This document shows, one piece after another, positions 1 to 8,068 of a DNA stretch of 64,000 bases. The position numbers and the translations under genes were made by a program. A model generated the notes under the pieces. That model made no database searches. It was not told the origin of the DNA and saw nothing but the letters and a program-made list of their open reading frames with translations. Source of the DNA: Candidatus Micrarchaeia archaeon (GTDB lineage Archaea > Micrarchaeota > Micrarchaeia > Burarchaeales > Fermentimicrarchaeaceae); contig JAVZHX010000003.1 in assembly GCA_038871515.1 (NCBI GenBank), forward strand, positions 47,860 through 111,859. Reading direction: 5' to 3'. How positions within the stretch are numbered: the stretch's first letter is position 1; the number at the start of each line of letters is the position of its first letter.

Positions 1-44
1 CAGCTCCGAGTCTCATCATCTGTTAGAGTTTTAAAAAAAGAGAT

Positions 45-389
45 TTATAGCTTTTCCCCGCAACTGAAGCAGTATGCTGCATCAGAGGGGTTCTTTGCCT
101 TGCATTTTGGGCAGACAAGCATTAGGAGCTTTCCCTTTCCTCTTTCCTCAACTGCCTCGCTTTTCCCTCTTTCAAGCTCCCTTCCAATTACACGGAGGAA
201 TGCTTTGAAGCTCTCGTAAGCGAAGAATAATGCACCTACAACGACAAGTGGAATTAGAAGGACGTAGATTGTTAAGCCCTGTTGGTTGTAAACCAACACA
301 GCTGTAACTAGTGCTGCTATGAGCATTATTGAGAAGCCAAAGAAGTTTTCGCTTTGAGTAATTGCCTCAACTCCAGAGGACTTCTTCAT
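45..389 (-). CDS. Small membrane protein with C-terminal zinc ribbon
   Basis: Two TM helices, then CPKC..N..CFSCG. Confidence 0.7.
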   Translation of the reverse strand: MKKSSGVEAITQSENFFGFSIMLIAALVTAVLVYNQQGLTIYVLLIPLVVVGALFFAYESFKAFLRVIGRELERGKSEAVEERGKGKLLMLVCPKCKAKNPSDAAYCFSCGEKL

Positions 390-566
390 ATTTTCTGATT
401 AGTTTGATGGGATATATTAAGTTAATTGTTTAAGAGGGAGAAGCTTAAAAAGCAAGTTTTTTATATTAACAGAGGCATATGTTATTTGAAGTGAGAGCAT
501 GGAGAAGGATTTGCTTCATTGACTTCTTCTCAGTTTGTCTAGCTGTGCTCTCAAGAGGTGTTGTTG

Positions 567-1856
567 ATGGCTAGCCTTGATGTTTCAACTCCAAAGGGAA
601 TGAGGGATATAGAACCAGAGGAAATGAAAGAGAGGGAGAGAATTTTTGAAACAATAAAAGGAGTTTTCAGAGTTTATGGGTTTGTGCCACTTGAAACGCC
701 TGCGCTTGAGAATTGGGAGGTTCTTTCAGCAAAGGGAGCGGGTGGTGAGGAAATTTTGAATGAAACGTATAACTTTGAGGATAAAGGTGGGAGGAGGGTT
801 GGTTTAAGGTATGATTTAACTGTTCCACTTGCAAGGTTTGTTGCCAACAACCCAAACATCCCACTCCCATTCAAAAGGTATCAGATTGGAAGAGTTTGGA
901 GGTATGGGGATGTTGCAAAGGGAAGGTTGAGGGAGTTCTGGCAGGCGGATAGTGATATTGTTGGTTCTGAAAGCATGCTTGCAGATGCAGAAGTTATAGC
1001 GTGCGCGGTTGATGTTTTCAAATCGCTTGGGTTTGAGAAGTTTGCTGTAAGAGTGAATAACAGAAAAATTCTTTCAGCAATGGTTCAGTTTGCAGGAGTT
1101 GAGAAAGAAAGAGTTTGGGATGTGTTAAGGGTGATTGACAAGCTTGAGAAGGTGGGGGAGAGGAAGGTTGCTGAGGAGCTTTCCCAGAGAGGGGTGAACA
1201 GGGAAGCTTGCAAAAAGCTGATGGAGCTGCTTATGCTAAAAGGTGACTCTGAGCAGCTTCTTGAGAAAGCAGATGGCTTGATTGGTGTTTTGAAGGAGGG
1301 GAAGGATGGGGTGAGGGAGTTGAGGGAGCTTCTTTCCTATTTGAAAAGTATGGGGTGCAGTGAGTGGGTGAGGGTGGATTTCAGCCTTGCAAGGGGTTTG
1401 GAGTATTACACGGGTCCAATTTTTGAGGTTTCTCTGTCAAAGGAAATTGGAAGCGTTGCAGGGGGAGGTAGATATGACAGGATGATTGGGCTGTTTCTTG
1501 GAAGGGAGATGCCTGCGACTGGAATAAGCTTTGGAATTGATAGGATTGCTGAGGTGATTCAACCAAAGAAAAGTGAGGAGAGAAGCGTTTTTGTTGCGTA
1601 TACTGAGGGTTGCTTAAAGCAGGCAGTTGAATTTGCAGCTGAGCTGAGAAGGAGTGGAATACCTGCTGTTGTTGATTTGAGAGGAAGGTCTTTGGCAAAG
1701 CAGCTGAGCTATGCGAATTCAATAAAAGTCAGCTATGCGGTGATTGTGGGGAGGGAGGAGCTGAAGCAAGGGAAGGTTAAACTCAGAGATTTTAAAAGTG
1801 GGGAGGAGAGAGTGGTGTCAAGAGAGGAGTGCATAGGTTTAATTACTAGTAAGTGA
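567..1856 (+). CDS. hisS: Histidyl-tRNA synthetase
   Basis: PKGMRD, LRYDLTVPLAR, REFWQAD, RGLEYYTG, GGGRYD; C-terminal anticodon-binding domain. Confidence 0.97.
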   Translation: MASLDVSTPKGMRDIEPEEMKERERIFETIKGVFRVYGFVPLETPALENWEVLSAKGAGGEEILNETYNFEDKGGRRVGLRYDLTVPLARFVANNPNIPLPFKRYQIGRVWRYGDVAKGRLREFWQADSDIVGSESMLADAEVIACAVDVFKSLGFEKFAVRVNNRKILSAMVQFAGVEKERVWDVLRVIDKLEKVGERKVAEELSQRGVNREACKKLMELLMLKGDSEQLLEKADGLIGVLKEGKDGVRELRELLSYLKSMGCSEWVRVDFSLARGLEYYTGPIFEVSLSKEIGSVAGGGRYDRMIGLFLGREMPATGISFGIDRIAEVIQPKKSEERSVFVAYTEGCLKQAVEFAAELRRSGIPAVVDLRGRSLAKQLSYANSIKVSYAVIVGREELKQGKVKLRDFKSGEERVVSREECIGLITSK

Positions 1857-1882
1857 TTATATTTCATGTTGGAGGGGATGGG

Positions 1883-2038
1883 ATGGCGATGGATTGGACG
1901 AGCATGAAGGCATGCCTTGTCTGCTTTGCCCAGGATGGAATATCGGTGAGGCTGGAGCTTCAGAATGATGTTTACGTATGCCCAAGAAACCCAGAGCACA
2001 GGTTTGTTATGAAGGAGGGGAAGCTGGAGAGGTTGTAG
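1883..2038 (+). CDS. Small zinc-finger protein
   Basis: CLVC...CPRNPEH; SD-like GGAGGGG upstream; abuts the next gene. Confidence 0.6.
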   Translation: MAMDWTSMKACLVCFAQDGISVRLELQNDVYVCPRNPEHRFVMKEGKLERL

Positions 2039-2536
2039 ATGAAAACAGTTGAAGAGGTAAATGATGAAGTGATAAAGAATGGGGGTTTGCTGGTGCTTAT
2101 GTATTTTGACATGCACGGCAACTCTCCAGATGTGATTCAAAACTCCCTAGTTGACATGATAGGAAGGTTAACCCAGGAGCCTGGCGTGGTTTATGCAACA
2201 GGGGAGATTGAGGAGCCAATTCAGTATGAGGAGCTGTATTCAACCTCTGCGGAGGTGAAGCTGCTTGCAAGGGATTTGAACTCTCTTGTGAATGTTTGTT
2301 TCAGGTATGGGCCGATTGGGATAGAGGTATTGCAACCTGAGGAGATGAAGCTTGGGCTGCCCCAGCTTCACGAGTTGCTTCTTAATGTCTCTCAAACTTC
2401 ACAGGAGTATACAAAGTTTGTTTATGAGAAGCTTATGACGCCTGAGGAGAGGGAGAAGTTCAACAGGCAGCTGCTGAACAGGGCTGAGCTTGCGAAAAAG
2501 CTTGTTGAGAGAGGAAAGTCAGTAACTGGGAAGTGA
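2039..2536 (+). CDS. Hypothetical protein
   Basis: 165 aa ORF with host-like codon usage, in an operon with hisS. Confidence 0.7.
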   Translation: MKTVEEVNDEVIKNGGLLVLMYFDMHGNSPDVIQNSLVDMIGRLTQEPGVVYATGEIEEPIQYEELYSTSAEVKLLARDLNSLVNVCFRYGPIGIEVLQPEEMKLGLPQLHELLLNVSQTSQEYTKFVYEKLMTPEEREKFNRQLLNRAELAKKLVERGKSVTGK

Positions 2537-2567
2537 GTTTAAATATTACAAAATGCTTATTTTATAC

Positions 2568-3710
2568 ATGGTTGTTGCTGAGAAAGAGGGTGGCGGAGAG
2601 CTGAAGCCTGGAATATCTGATGGGGCGAGAAAGGGAGCTGAAAAGAAAACCGAGATTGTTTTCTTTCTTGGAACCCACACTCCCGAGTATGCGCATAGGC
2701 TTCGAAGTATGACAGAGAGAAGGATGCCGGATTGTATTGTTCTTGAAGAGCCAAAGGATGAGGAATTCCAGAGAATGCTGAACTCATTAAAGGGGAAGAA
2801 TGAGAAGGAGAGGAGCGAAATTATAGATGATTATGTGAGGAAAAGAGGGTATTTGCACCAGGATTGTGAAAGGGAGATTCTGAAGGTTGTTGCTGATTTG
2901 AATGAAAAAGGAGTTAAGATAAAGCAGATGGATGTTGTGCATGACTTAAGCTTTGCTACGCGAGGTGCTATGGTTCTGCCGCCGTTTCTTGCAATGGAGA
3001 CAAGAGTGATTAAAAAAATGGGCGACGGTGATTTTGATAAGGCAGTTAACTCTGTTTTGAATGCTGCTGGAGTGATGGTGGTTGGGCTGGATGAGAGGAA
3101 TAGAATAAGGGCGAATTTGCTAGTTACCGGAATAGAAAAAGGTGAGCTGGGAGGGTATGTGATAGTTGAAGCTGGAAAACAGCATGTGCTTCTGAAGAGA
3201 AGGGTGATGGAGAAGCTGAGAGGGGAGGGGGCTGTCATAAAAACAGAATATGAACATGGCGAAACAGCAAGGGAGGTTTTTGGAAGGTGGGCGCAGGAGG
3301 TTCGTTCTCCTTTTGAGGAGCTTGTGAACTTATATGAAAATGGAGTTTATGGACCAATTAATGAAAAGTGGAAGAAGAAGTGGGGGGATAGGTGGAGAAG
3401 GGATGGGTATGATAGTGATACGATAGATGAAAGAGGGAGAGTTGGTAGATTAAAAGATGCGGTGAAAGGGTGGGTTGAGGGGAATTATGGAGATGAGAGG
3501 GAGAGGTTGCTTGGAGCGCGCACTGTGCTTATGTTTCGGGTTGTTGAGGATCCTTTTGATGTGAATGAGAAGTGGATGGGAGCTGTGAGAATGGTGAATA
3601 GACTTAATTATACGGAGTGCAAAAAGGTTTTTGAGGAGATGAATGCGAAGGAGATGGATGAGGAGGCTGCATTCAAGTTTCTTGAGAGTTATGTGAAAAA
3701 CAGAAAATGA
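2568..3710 (+). CDS. Hypothetical protein, possible EreA/ChaN/TraB-like fold
   Basis: FLGTH, IVLEEP, ERN and VEAGKQH motifs in the order typical of that superfamily. Confidence 0.5.
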   Translation: MVVAEKEGGGELKPGISDGARKGAEKKTEIVFFLGTHTPEYAHRLRSMTERRMPDCIVLEEPKDEEFQRMLNSLKGKNEKERSEIIDDYVRKRGYLHQDCEREILKVVADLNEKGVKIKQMDVVHDLSFATRGAMVLPPFLAMETRVIKKMGDGDFDKAVNSVLNAAGVMVVGLDERNRIRANLLVTGIEKGELGGYVIVEAGKQHVLLKRRVMEKLRGEGAVIKTEYEHGETAREVFGRWAQEVRSPFEELVNLYENGVYGPINEKWKKKWGDRWRRDGYDSDTIDERGRVGRLKDAVKGWVEGNYGDERERLLGARTVLMFRVVEDPFDVNEKWMGAVRMVNRLNYTECKKVFEEMNAKEMDEEAAFKFLESYVKNRK

Positions 3711-3758
3711 AAATTATTTATAGCTGCTTCTCCCAATTGATTAATGGAGGGTGAGAGG

Positions 3759-4271
3759 ATGGCTGATAAGAAGAGGAGGAGAAGCTTCTTTGATTTTTTT
3801 GGGGATTGGGATATTTTTGATATAGAGGAGGAGATGAAGAGGTTTATGGAGGAGTTTAATATTGATGAGCTGAAAAGTGGTGAGCCGATTGTTTATGGTT
3901 TCAATATAAGGGTTGGGCCAGATGGAAAGCCAGTTATACAGCAGTTTGGTAACGTTAAGCCAACCATTAAGGGACCGATGGTTACAGATAAAAGGGAGCC
4001 GCTTGTTGATGTGATTGAGAGAGAGGATACTATAACAGTTATAGTGGAGCTTCCTGGGGTGGATAAGAATAAAATAAAGTTGAATGCAACTGACAGGGTG
4101 CTCACAATATCTGCGCCAGGAGAGGAAACGGATTTCTATAAGGAGGTTAAACTTCCTGCAGCTGTGAACTCAAAGAATGCAAAAGCAACGTATAAGAATG
4201 GGGTGCTGGAAGTCTGTTTGGAGAAGAAGGAGAAGAGCAAGCCGAAGGCAGAGAGCATACCAATAGAGTAG
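3759..4271 (+). CDS. hsp20: Archaeal small heat shock protein Hsp20
   Basis: YGFNIRVGPDGKP, EPLVDV, ELPGV, ATYKNGVLEV. Confidence 0.95.
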   Translation: MADKKRRRSFFDFFGDWDIFDIEEEMKRFMEEFNIDELKSGEPIVYGFNIRVGPDGKPVIQQFGNVKPTIKGPMVTDKREPLVDVIEREDTITVIVELPGVDKNKIKLNATDRVLTISAPGEETDFYKEVKLPAAVNSKNAKATYKNGVLEVCLEKKEKSKPKAESIPIE

Positions 4272-4275
4272 TTAA

Positions 4276-4325
4276 TTTCACTGGAAAGTTACCCCCCTTC
4301 CGCCTATTTAAATACCCCTCAAAAC
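4276..4325 (+). promoter_or_regulatory. 50-bp element (inverted repeat plus TATA), copy 1; identical to 45943-45992
   Basis: TTTCACTGGAAAGTTACCCCCCTTCCGCCTATTTAAATACCCCTCAAAAC occurs twice in the window. Confidence 0.85.
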
Positions 4326-4351
4326 TACTCCTAAACGTAGAGGTGGTTGAG

Positions 4352-4525
4352 GTGAGGATGGATATAAGCAAGCTGAAGGATGAGGAGATTGATGAGCTGC
4401 TCTCATTTCTTGACAGAAGAAATATTCAGTCATTCATAAGGAAAAGTGGGGAGAGAATGGAGCTGGTGTGCAGCTCAACTCCCATAAAGCGAAGGGTGGA
4501 GCTTGGGATTGAGAGCATAGCTTGA
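4352..4525 (+). CDS. Microprotein (57 aa), paralog of 46023-46148
   Basis: GAGGTGGTTGAG-GTG start context mirrors GAGGTGGTTGAA-ATG of the paralog; gapless alignment. Confidence 0.75.
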   Translation: MRMDISKLKDEEIDELLSFLDRRNIQSFIRKSGERMELVCSSTPIKRRVELGIESIA

Positions 4526-4576
4526 TGAATTCCAGAAAGGTATATTAATATTCCAAAAGTTAATCTATCGGTTGAA

Positions 4577-5269
4577 ATGGAGTGCGCTTATCATCCGGAA
4601 AAAGAAGCTGTTTCTGAGTGCTCAGTATGCGGAAAGCCACTTTGCAAGGAGTGCGGAAGCATATGCGAGGAGTGTTTAGCAAGAAAGGAACTTGCGGAAA
4701 GTGGAAAGGTTAAATTAATGAATTGGGAGGGGTGGTTTGGTTCATTCCTAACTCCTACAAAAACTTTTAGAGTGAATAGAATGAACTCCTCATTTGCAGG
4801 GGTTTGCATGAACCTTCTTGCTGGTTTGGTAAATGCAGGTGTGATTGCTTCCTTACTTTTTATTGCAGTTGGAGCGCGAGATGCGATAGTTATTTTCAGC
4901 TACACAACCCCATTCCTTGAGTTTCTGGGAGCGTGGTTGTTCATAGCGTTAATTTCCTATCCTTTTGCGATGATTGCTGGTGGGATGGGCAGTTTAAAAC
5001 AGCACCTTTACATCCTCTCCCTTCCAGTTCCATTCTCGCCAGTTATTCTAGGTTGTTTGTGGTTGCTTTTGAACTTTCTTTTCTCAATTCATCTATCTGT
5101 TGGGTTGTTTGGCGCTATTATTGCAACAGCATATCTGATACGTATTCAAACAAGCGGGGTGAGGGAGGCGCACAAGCTTGGTGGTATGCAGGCAATGATA
5201 GCCGGCACTGTCCCAATTGTTGTGTGTGGAATAATAGCTGTTTTAATATCTGCTGTTTTAAGAAAATAG
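4577..5269 (+). CDS. B-box zinc finger plus Yip1-like membrane protein
   Basis: CAYHPE..CSVCGKPLCKEC, then ~5 TM helices. Confidence 0.7.
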   Translation: MECAYHPEKEAVSECSVCGKPLCKECGSICEECLARKELAESGKVKLMNWEGWFGSFLTPTKTFRVNRMNSSFAGVCMNLLAGLVNAGVIASLLFIAVGARDAIVIFSYTTPFLEFLGAWLFIALISYPFAMIAGGMGSLKQHLYILSLPVPFSPVILGCLWLLLNFLFSIHLSVGLFGAIIATAYLIRIQTSGVREAHKLGGMQAMIAGTVPIVVCGIIAVLISAVLRK

Positions 5270-5278
5270 GGGGTTGAG

Positions 5279-6397
5279 ATGGAGAAGAAGTTTGTTGTGA
5301 GCCCGTGGGAAGTGAAAGGGGAAGTTGATTACGATAAGCTGATGAAGGAGTTTGGGGTGCAGCCACTTTCAGCAGAGTTGATGAGGAAAATTGAGAAGAA
5401 AGCTGGGGAGATGCACCTTTATCTTAGAAGGGGTTTGTTCTTCTCCCACAGGGATTTTGATGTGATAATGAATGAATACGAGAAAGGGAAGGAGTTTGTG
5501 CTTTACACTGGGAGAGGCCCTTCAGGCAAAACCCACCTCGGGCATTTGATTCCCTGGATTTTCACCTCTCACCTCCAGAGAGCATTCGGCTCCAAGTTGT
5601 ATTTTCAGATGACGGATGATGAAAAGTTCCTCATGAGAGACGTTGAATTGGAGGAAGCAGTTGGCTACAGCTATGACAATGCGCTTGATGTTATTGCGTG
5701 CGGTATGGATTCAAAAAACACTGTTATATTTTCCGATGTGGAGTATATGAAAACAATCTACAGAATTGCCCTGCAGGTTGCGAAGAGAGTTACTTTCTCA
5801 ACAGCAAAAGCGGTTTTTGGTTTCACAAACAGCTCCAACATTGGAATCATCTTCTTCCCGGCAGTGCAGGCAGCACCTGCGTTTATGGCGCAGATGCTTG
5901 AAAAGAGAAATGTGAATTGCTTAATTCCATGCGCGATAGACCAAGACCCATACTGGAGAATAGCGAGGGATGTTGCTCCGTCTCTTGGGATGCCGAAGCC
6001 AGCTGGGATATACAGCAAGTTCCTCCCTGGTTTGCAGGGGGTTGGAGGCAAAATGTCTGCTTCGGAGGAGCAAACTGCTGTTTACACAACTGATTCAAAA
6101 GAAGTTGCTAGAAAGAAGATAATGAATGCATTCACAGGTGGCAGAGCAACTGTGGAGGAGCAGAGGAAGAAAGGAGGCAACCCAGATGTTTGTGTGGTGC
6201 ACCAGTGGTTGTTTTACATGTTTGAGGAGAATGATGAGAAAATAAAAAGAATGAGAAGCGAGTGCAAAGCAGGCAGAATACTGTGCGGTGAGTGCAAGGA
6301 GTATCTGGTAAATAAAGTAGTTAGATTTCTGGAGGAACATCAAAAAAGAAGGGAGAAAGCAAAAAAAGAAATTGAGAGATTTGTTGTGAGGGATTAA
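5279..6397 (+). CDS. trpS: Tryptophanyl-tRNA synthetase (archaeal type)
   Basis: VSPWEV, YTGRGPS, HLGH, AIDQDPY, KMSAS. Confidence 0.97.
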   Translation: MEKKFVVSPWEVKGEVDYDKLMKEFGVQPLSAELMRKIEKKAGEMHLYLRRGLFFSHRDFDVIMNEYEKGKEFVLYTGRGPSGKTHLGHLIPWIFTSHLQRAFGSKLYFQMTDDEKFLMRDVELEEAVGYSYDNALDVIACGMDSKNTVIFSDVEYMKTIYRIALQVAKRVTFSTAKAVFGFTNSSNIGIIFFPAVQAAPAFMAQMLEKRNVNCLIPCAIDQDPYWRIARDVAPSLGMPKPAGIYSKFLPGLQGVGGKMSASEEQTAVYTTDSKEVARKKIMNAFTGGRATVEEQRKKGGNPDVCVVHQWLFYMFEENDEKIKRMRSECKAGRILCGECKEYLVNKVVRFLEEHQKRREKAKKEIERFVVRD

Positions 6398-7048
6398 TTA
6401 CTTCTCTTCCTCAGCTGATGCTTCTAAATCCATCTTTATTCCGTCAAGCGCTAGCGTAATCTGGTCCTTTGCAACGTCAAACAGCCCAACTGGGTTGAGG
6501 GGGAAGAAAACGTAAACTCCTCTGTTCTTGTTCTCGCCTACAAAAACCCATCTGCCAACTTTGTATGACTCAATTGGCATGCTTGCGTTCACAACAAACA
6601 TGCTTCTCCTAGCAAGCTCATCTATCAATCCATCAAAAGATGGATCGTAATTGTCAATGAAAAGCACTTCATCCTCATCCTCCTTCCTCACGAAGAAGAG
6701 GGGAGTGACGTATGGTTTTTTCTGGCTGTTTGCTTTATCCTTCACAACCATCTCAAGCTTTTCAGCAAGCCTTGTTGCTTTCAATGCATCTTCCTTGTAT
6801 TTGCTCAGCTGCTCCGCAGCTTCAGCTTTCTTAGTTTCAAAGTATTCCTCAATATCTTTTTTAAGCTTGTCAATCTCCTTTCCAACGTCAGGTATGTCCG
6901 AGTAGTCATCTGGGTTTTCAAGCAAATCCCTCAGAGTGAATGGGTATTTACCTGCTATTGTGTTGTCAATGTCGTCAATTATCATATCAAGCTGCTGGGA
7001 GACAGTCATCATTCCAGGAGGTGCAGTTCCATTTGGCATTTTTATCAC
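6398..7048 (-). CDS. Hypothetical acidic protein
   Basis: 216 aa ORF with SD GGTGA; no motif recognised. Confidence 0.7.
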   Translation of the reverse strand: MIKMPNGTAPPGMMTVSQQLDMIIDDIDNTIAGKYPFTLRDLLENPDDYSDIPDVGKEIDKLKKDIEEYFETKKAEAAEQLSKYKEDALKATRLAEKLEMVVKDKANSQKKPYVTPLFFVRKEDEDEVLFIDNYDPSFDGLIDELARRSMFVVNASMPIESYKVGRWVFVGENKNRGVYVFFPLNPVGLFDVAKDQITLALDGIKMDLEASAEEEK

Positions 7049-7136
7049 CTTGTATAACGTTGATTAATAAGTGGTATTTATTACTTTCATTTTTAAAGGT
7101 ATATTATTTAAATAATAACGTCTAATAGTTATTGGG

Positions 7137-7541
7137 GTGGCGATGAAAGTGCTGAAAATTGTTGAGAAGGACAGAGTGGGGCTAATGGCAGACATAGCGC
7201 TGGCGTTAAGTGAAGTTGGAATAAATATAGAAAATATAAGTGCAACAGGAGTTCAGGGAAAAGCGGTGATTGTTTTTGAGGTGAGGGAGGAGGAGGAAGA
7301 TAAGGCAGTTGATGTTCTGACAAAGAAGGGTTACAAGGTTCTTTCTGAGGAGATGATACTGATAAAGTTAAGAGATAAACCAGGAGAGCTGGCTAGAATA
7401 TCAAAAATGCTGAAGGATAGGAAGGTGAACTTCACAAACCTTCAGGTAATGAGCAGGGATGGGAAGGAGACGCTTGTTGGTTTAACAGTTGAACAGCCAG
7501 AGGAAGCAAAAAGGGTTCTGAGGGAGTTTATTGTTAAATAA
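7137..7541 (+). CDS. Tandem ACT-domain protein
   Basis: DRVGLMADIA..GINI and DKPGELARIS..VNF. Confidence 0.88.
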   Translation: MAMKVLKIVEKDRVGLMADIALALSEVGINIENISATGVQGKAVIVFEVREEEEDKAVDVLTKKGYKVLSEEMILIKLRDKPGELARISKMLKDRKVNFTNLQVMSRDGKETLVGLTVEQPEEAKRVLREFIVK

Positions 7542-7542
7542 A

Positions 7543-8019
7543 TTAGGTTTTTCCTGCTTTTCCTTTTCCCTTCATGCAATACCAGAGGAACTGCAGTGTT
7601 TCGCGTATTTTGTTTGAATCAACGTCAACAATTCTCATGGAAGCTCCACCGGTGCCTCTCAGGTATATATCTGCGATACCAAGGAAACGGCTTATTATTG
7701 ACCTTTCAACTTTCACCTCGCTTATCTTCTCAATTGGAAGGGAGGTTTCTGTTGGTGCGATCAAACCCTCAATTCTGTCAACATCCTCTGCACCTATTCT
7801 GTAAACCAGTGAAACTCTTTTGTATATGATGGATAAGCCAATAAGAAGAAGGACGACGAAGATTGCTCCTCCAGCAAGCAGAACAAGGTATTTTTCCTCA
7901 AGATAAGTGAAGAAAACTGCAGTGATGGCAATATCTAAAATCATTAAAATTATCAAAAGAATGATGCGTGAGCTTATTTTTGGTCTTATGATCAGCTCCT
8001 CTGGCTCAGCCACTTGCAC
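7543..8019 (-). CDS. Membrane protein with bacterial PH (bPH_2) domain
   Basis: Two TM helices, then YRI..GLI..LPIEKISEVKVERSIISRFLGIADI. Confidence 0.75.
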   Translation of the reverse strand: MQVAEPEELIIRPKISSRIILLIILMILDIAITAVFFTYLEEKYLVLLAGGAIFVVLLLIGLSIIYKRVSLVYRIGAEDVDRIEGLIAPTETSLPIEKISEVKVERSIISRFLGIADIYLRGTGGASMRIVDVDSNKIRETLQFLWYCMKGKGKAGKT

Positions 8020-8068
8020 CCCAGAGAGATTATAGAAGGCAGGGTATATTAATTTTATCGTTATTTGT

